From Candidatus Limnocylindrales bacterium (GTDB lineage: Bacteria; Chloroflexota; Limnocylindria; Limnocylindrales; CSP1-4): DNA of 60,723 bases. The translations under genes were made by a program, and so were the position numbers. Of the stretch, positions 60,697 through 60,723 are shown piece after piece (positions within the stretch are counted from its first letter, which is position 1; the number at the start of each line of letters is the position of its first letter). The notes beneath the pieces were generated by a model. It had not been told where the DNA came from and ran no database searches. It saw nothing but the letters and a program-made list of their open reading frames with translations. The DNA lies in the NCBI GenBank assembly GCA_035760905.1, contig DASTSC010000150.1:1-60723 (forward strand), given 5' to 3'.

Positions 60697-60723
60697 CGCT
60701 GGTGACGGTACGCGACGGTGCCG

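Overview
This is a very GC-rich, densely packed chromosomal window that looks actinobacterium-like; I cannot assign a lineage from sequence alone. I count about 57 protein-coding genes and one tRNA. I see no rRNA, CRISPR array, transposase or integrase. About 85% of the genes lie on the minus strand, and many are joined by ATGA/GTGA/TGATG stop-start overlaps. GTG and TTG starts are common, and the ORF track writes them as M.

Gene content from left to right:
- groES-groEL with a perfect CIRCE operator.
- tatD, coupled to a roughly 1200-aa protein with zinc-ribbon, class III cyclase, STAND ATPase and TPR regions.
- A sulfonate/taurine-type ABC transporter, followed by a cysteine-less Rrf2 regulator, a VOC protein, metG and an NTF2-like protein.
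- A 13.2-kb translationally coupled purine cluster: purA-D-B-C-S-Q-L-F-M-N/H.
- A GGDEF + HD-GYP membrane protein, an ssb paralogue, a second VOC protein, a YjaB-like GNAT acetyltransferase and rsmI.
- A two-gene (split) glutamine-dependent NAD synthetase.
- An ECF sigma factor with an upstream membrane protein.
- Two tandem peptide (Opp/Dpp-type) ABC operons carrying three binding lipoproteins.
- A second ECF sigma factor with a zinc-finger (ZAS) anti-sigma factor.
- NUDIX-gcvT-gcvH-gcvPA-gcvPB.
- A DUF2520-type oxidoreductase, acnA, an orphan ABC ATPase, tRNA-Val(CAC), a DUF167 protein and yggS.

Most of this is housekeeping. I found no convincing defence island or mobile element. The observations most worth a second look, in my order:
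1. purN has no stop codon and reads in frame into purH, predicting a single 753-aa polypeptide.
2. A leader of about 165 nt upstream of purA ends in the clearest intrinsic terminator in the window, 16 nt before the start codon. It could be a riboswitch, an attenuator or a small RNA, and I cannot assign it to a known class.
3. The zinc-ribbon/cyclase/STAND/TPR protein is translationally coupled to tatD.
4. The MetRS has a degenerate HIGH signature (GLHT).
5. The NAD synthetase is split into separate glutaminase and synthetase genes.
6. A VOC gene has a strong Shine-Dalgarno (SD) sequence but no canonical start codon.

All coordinates were derived by hand from the printed sequence. Start codons are the least certain part of every call.
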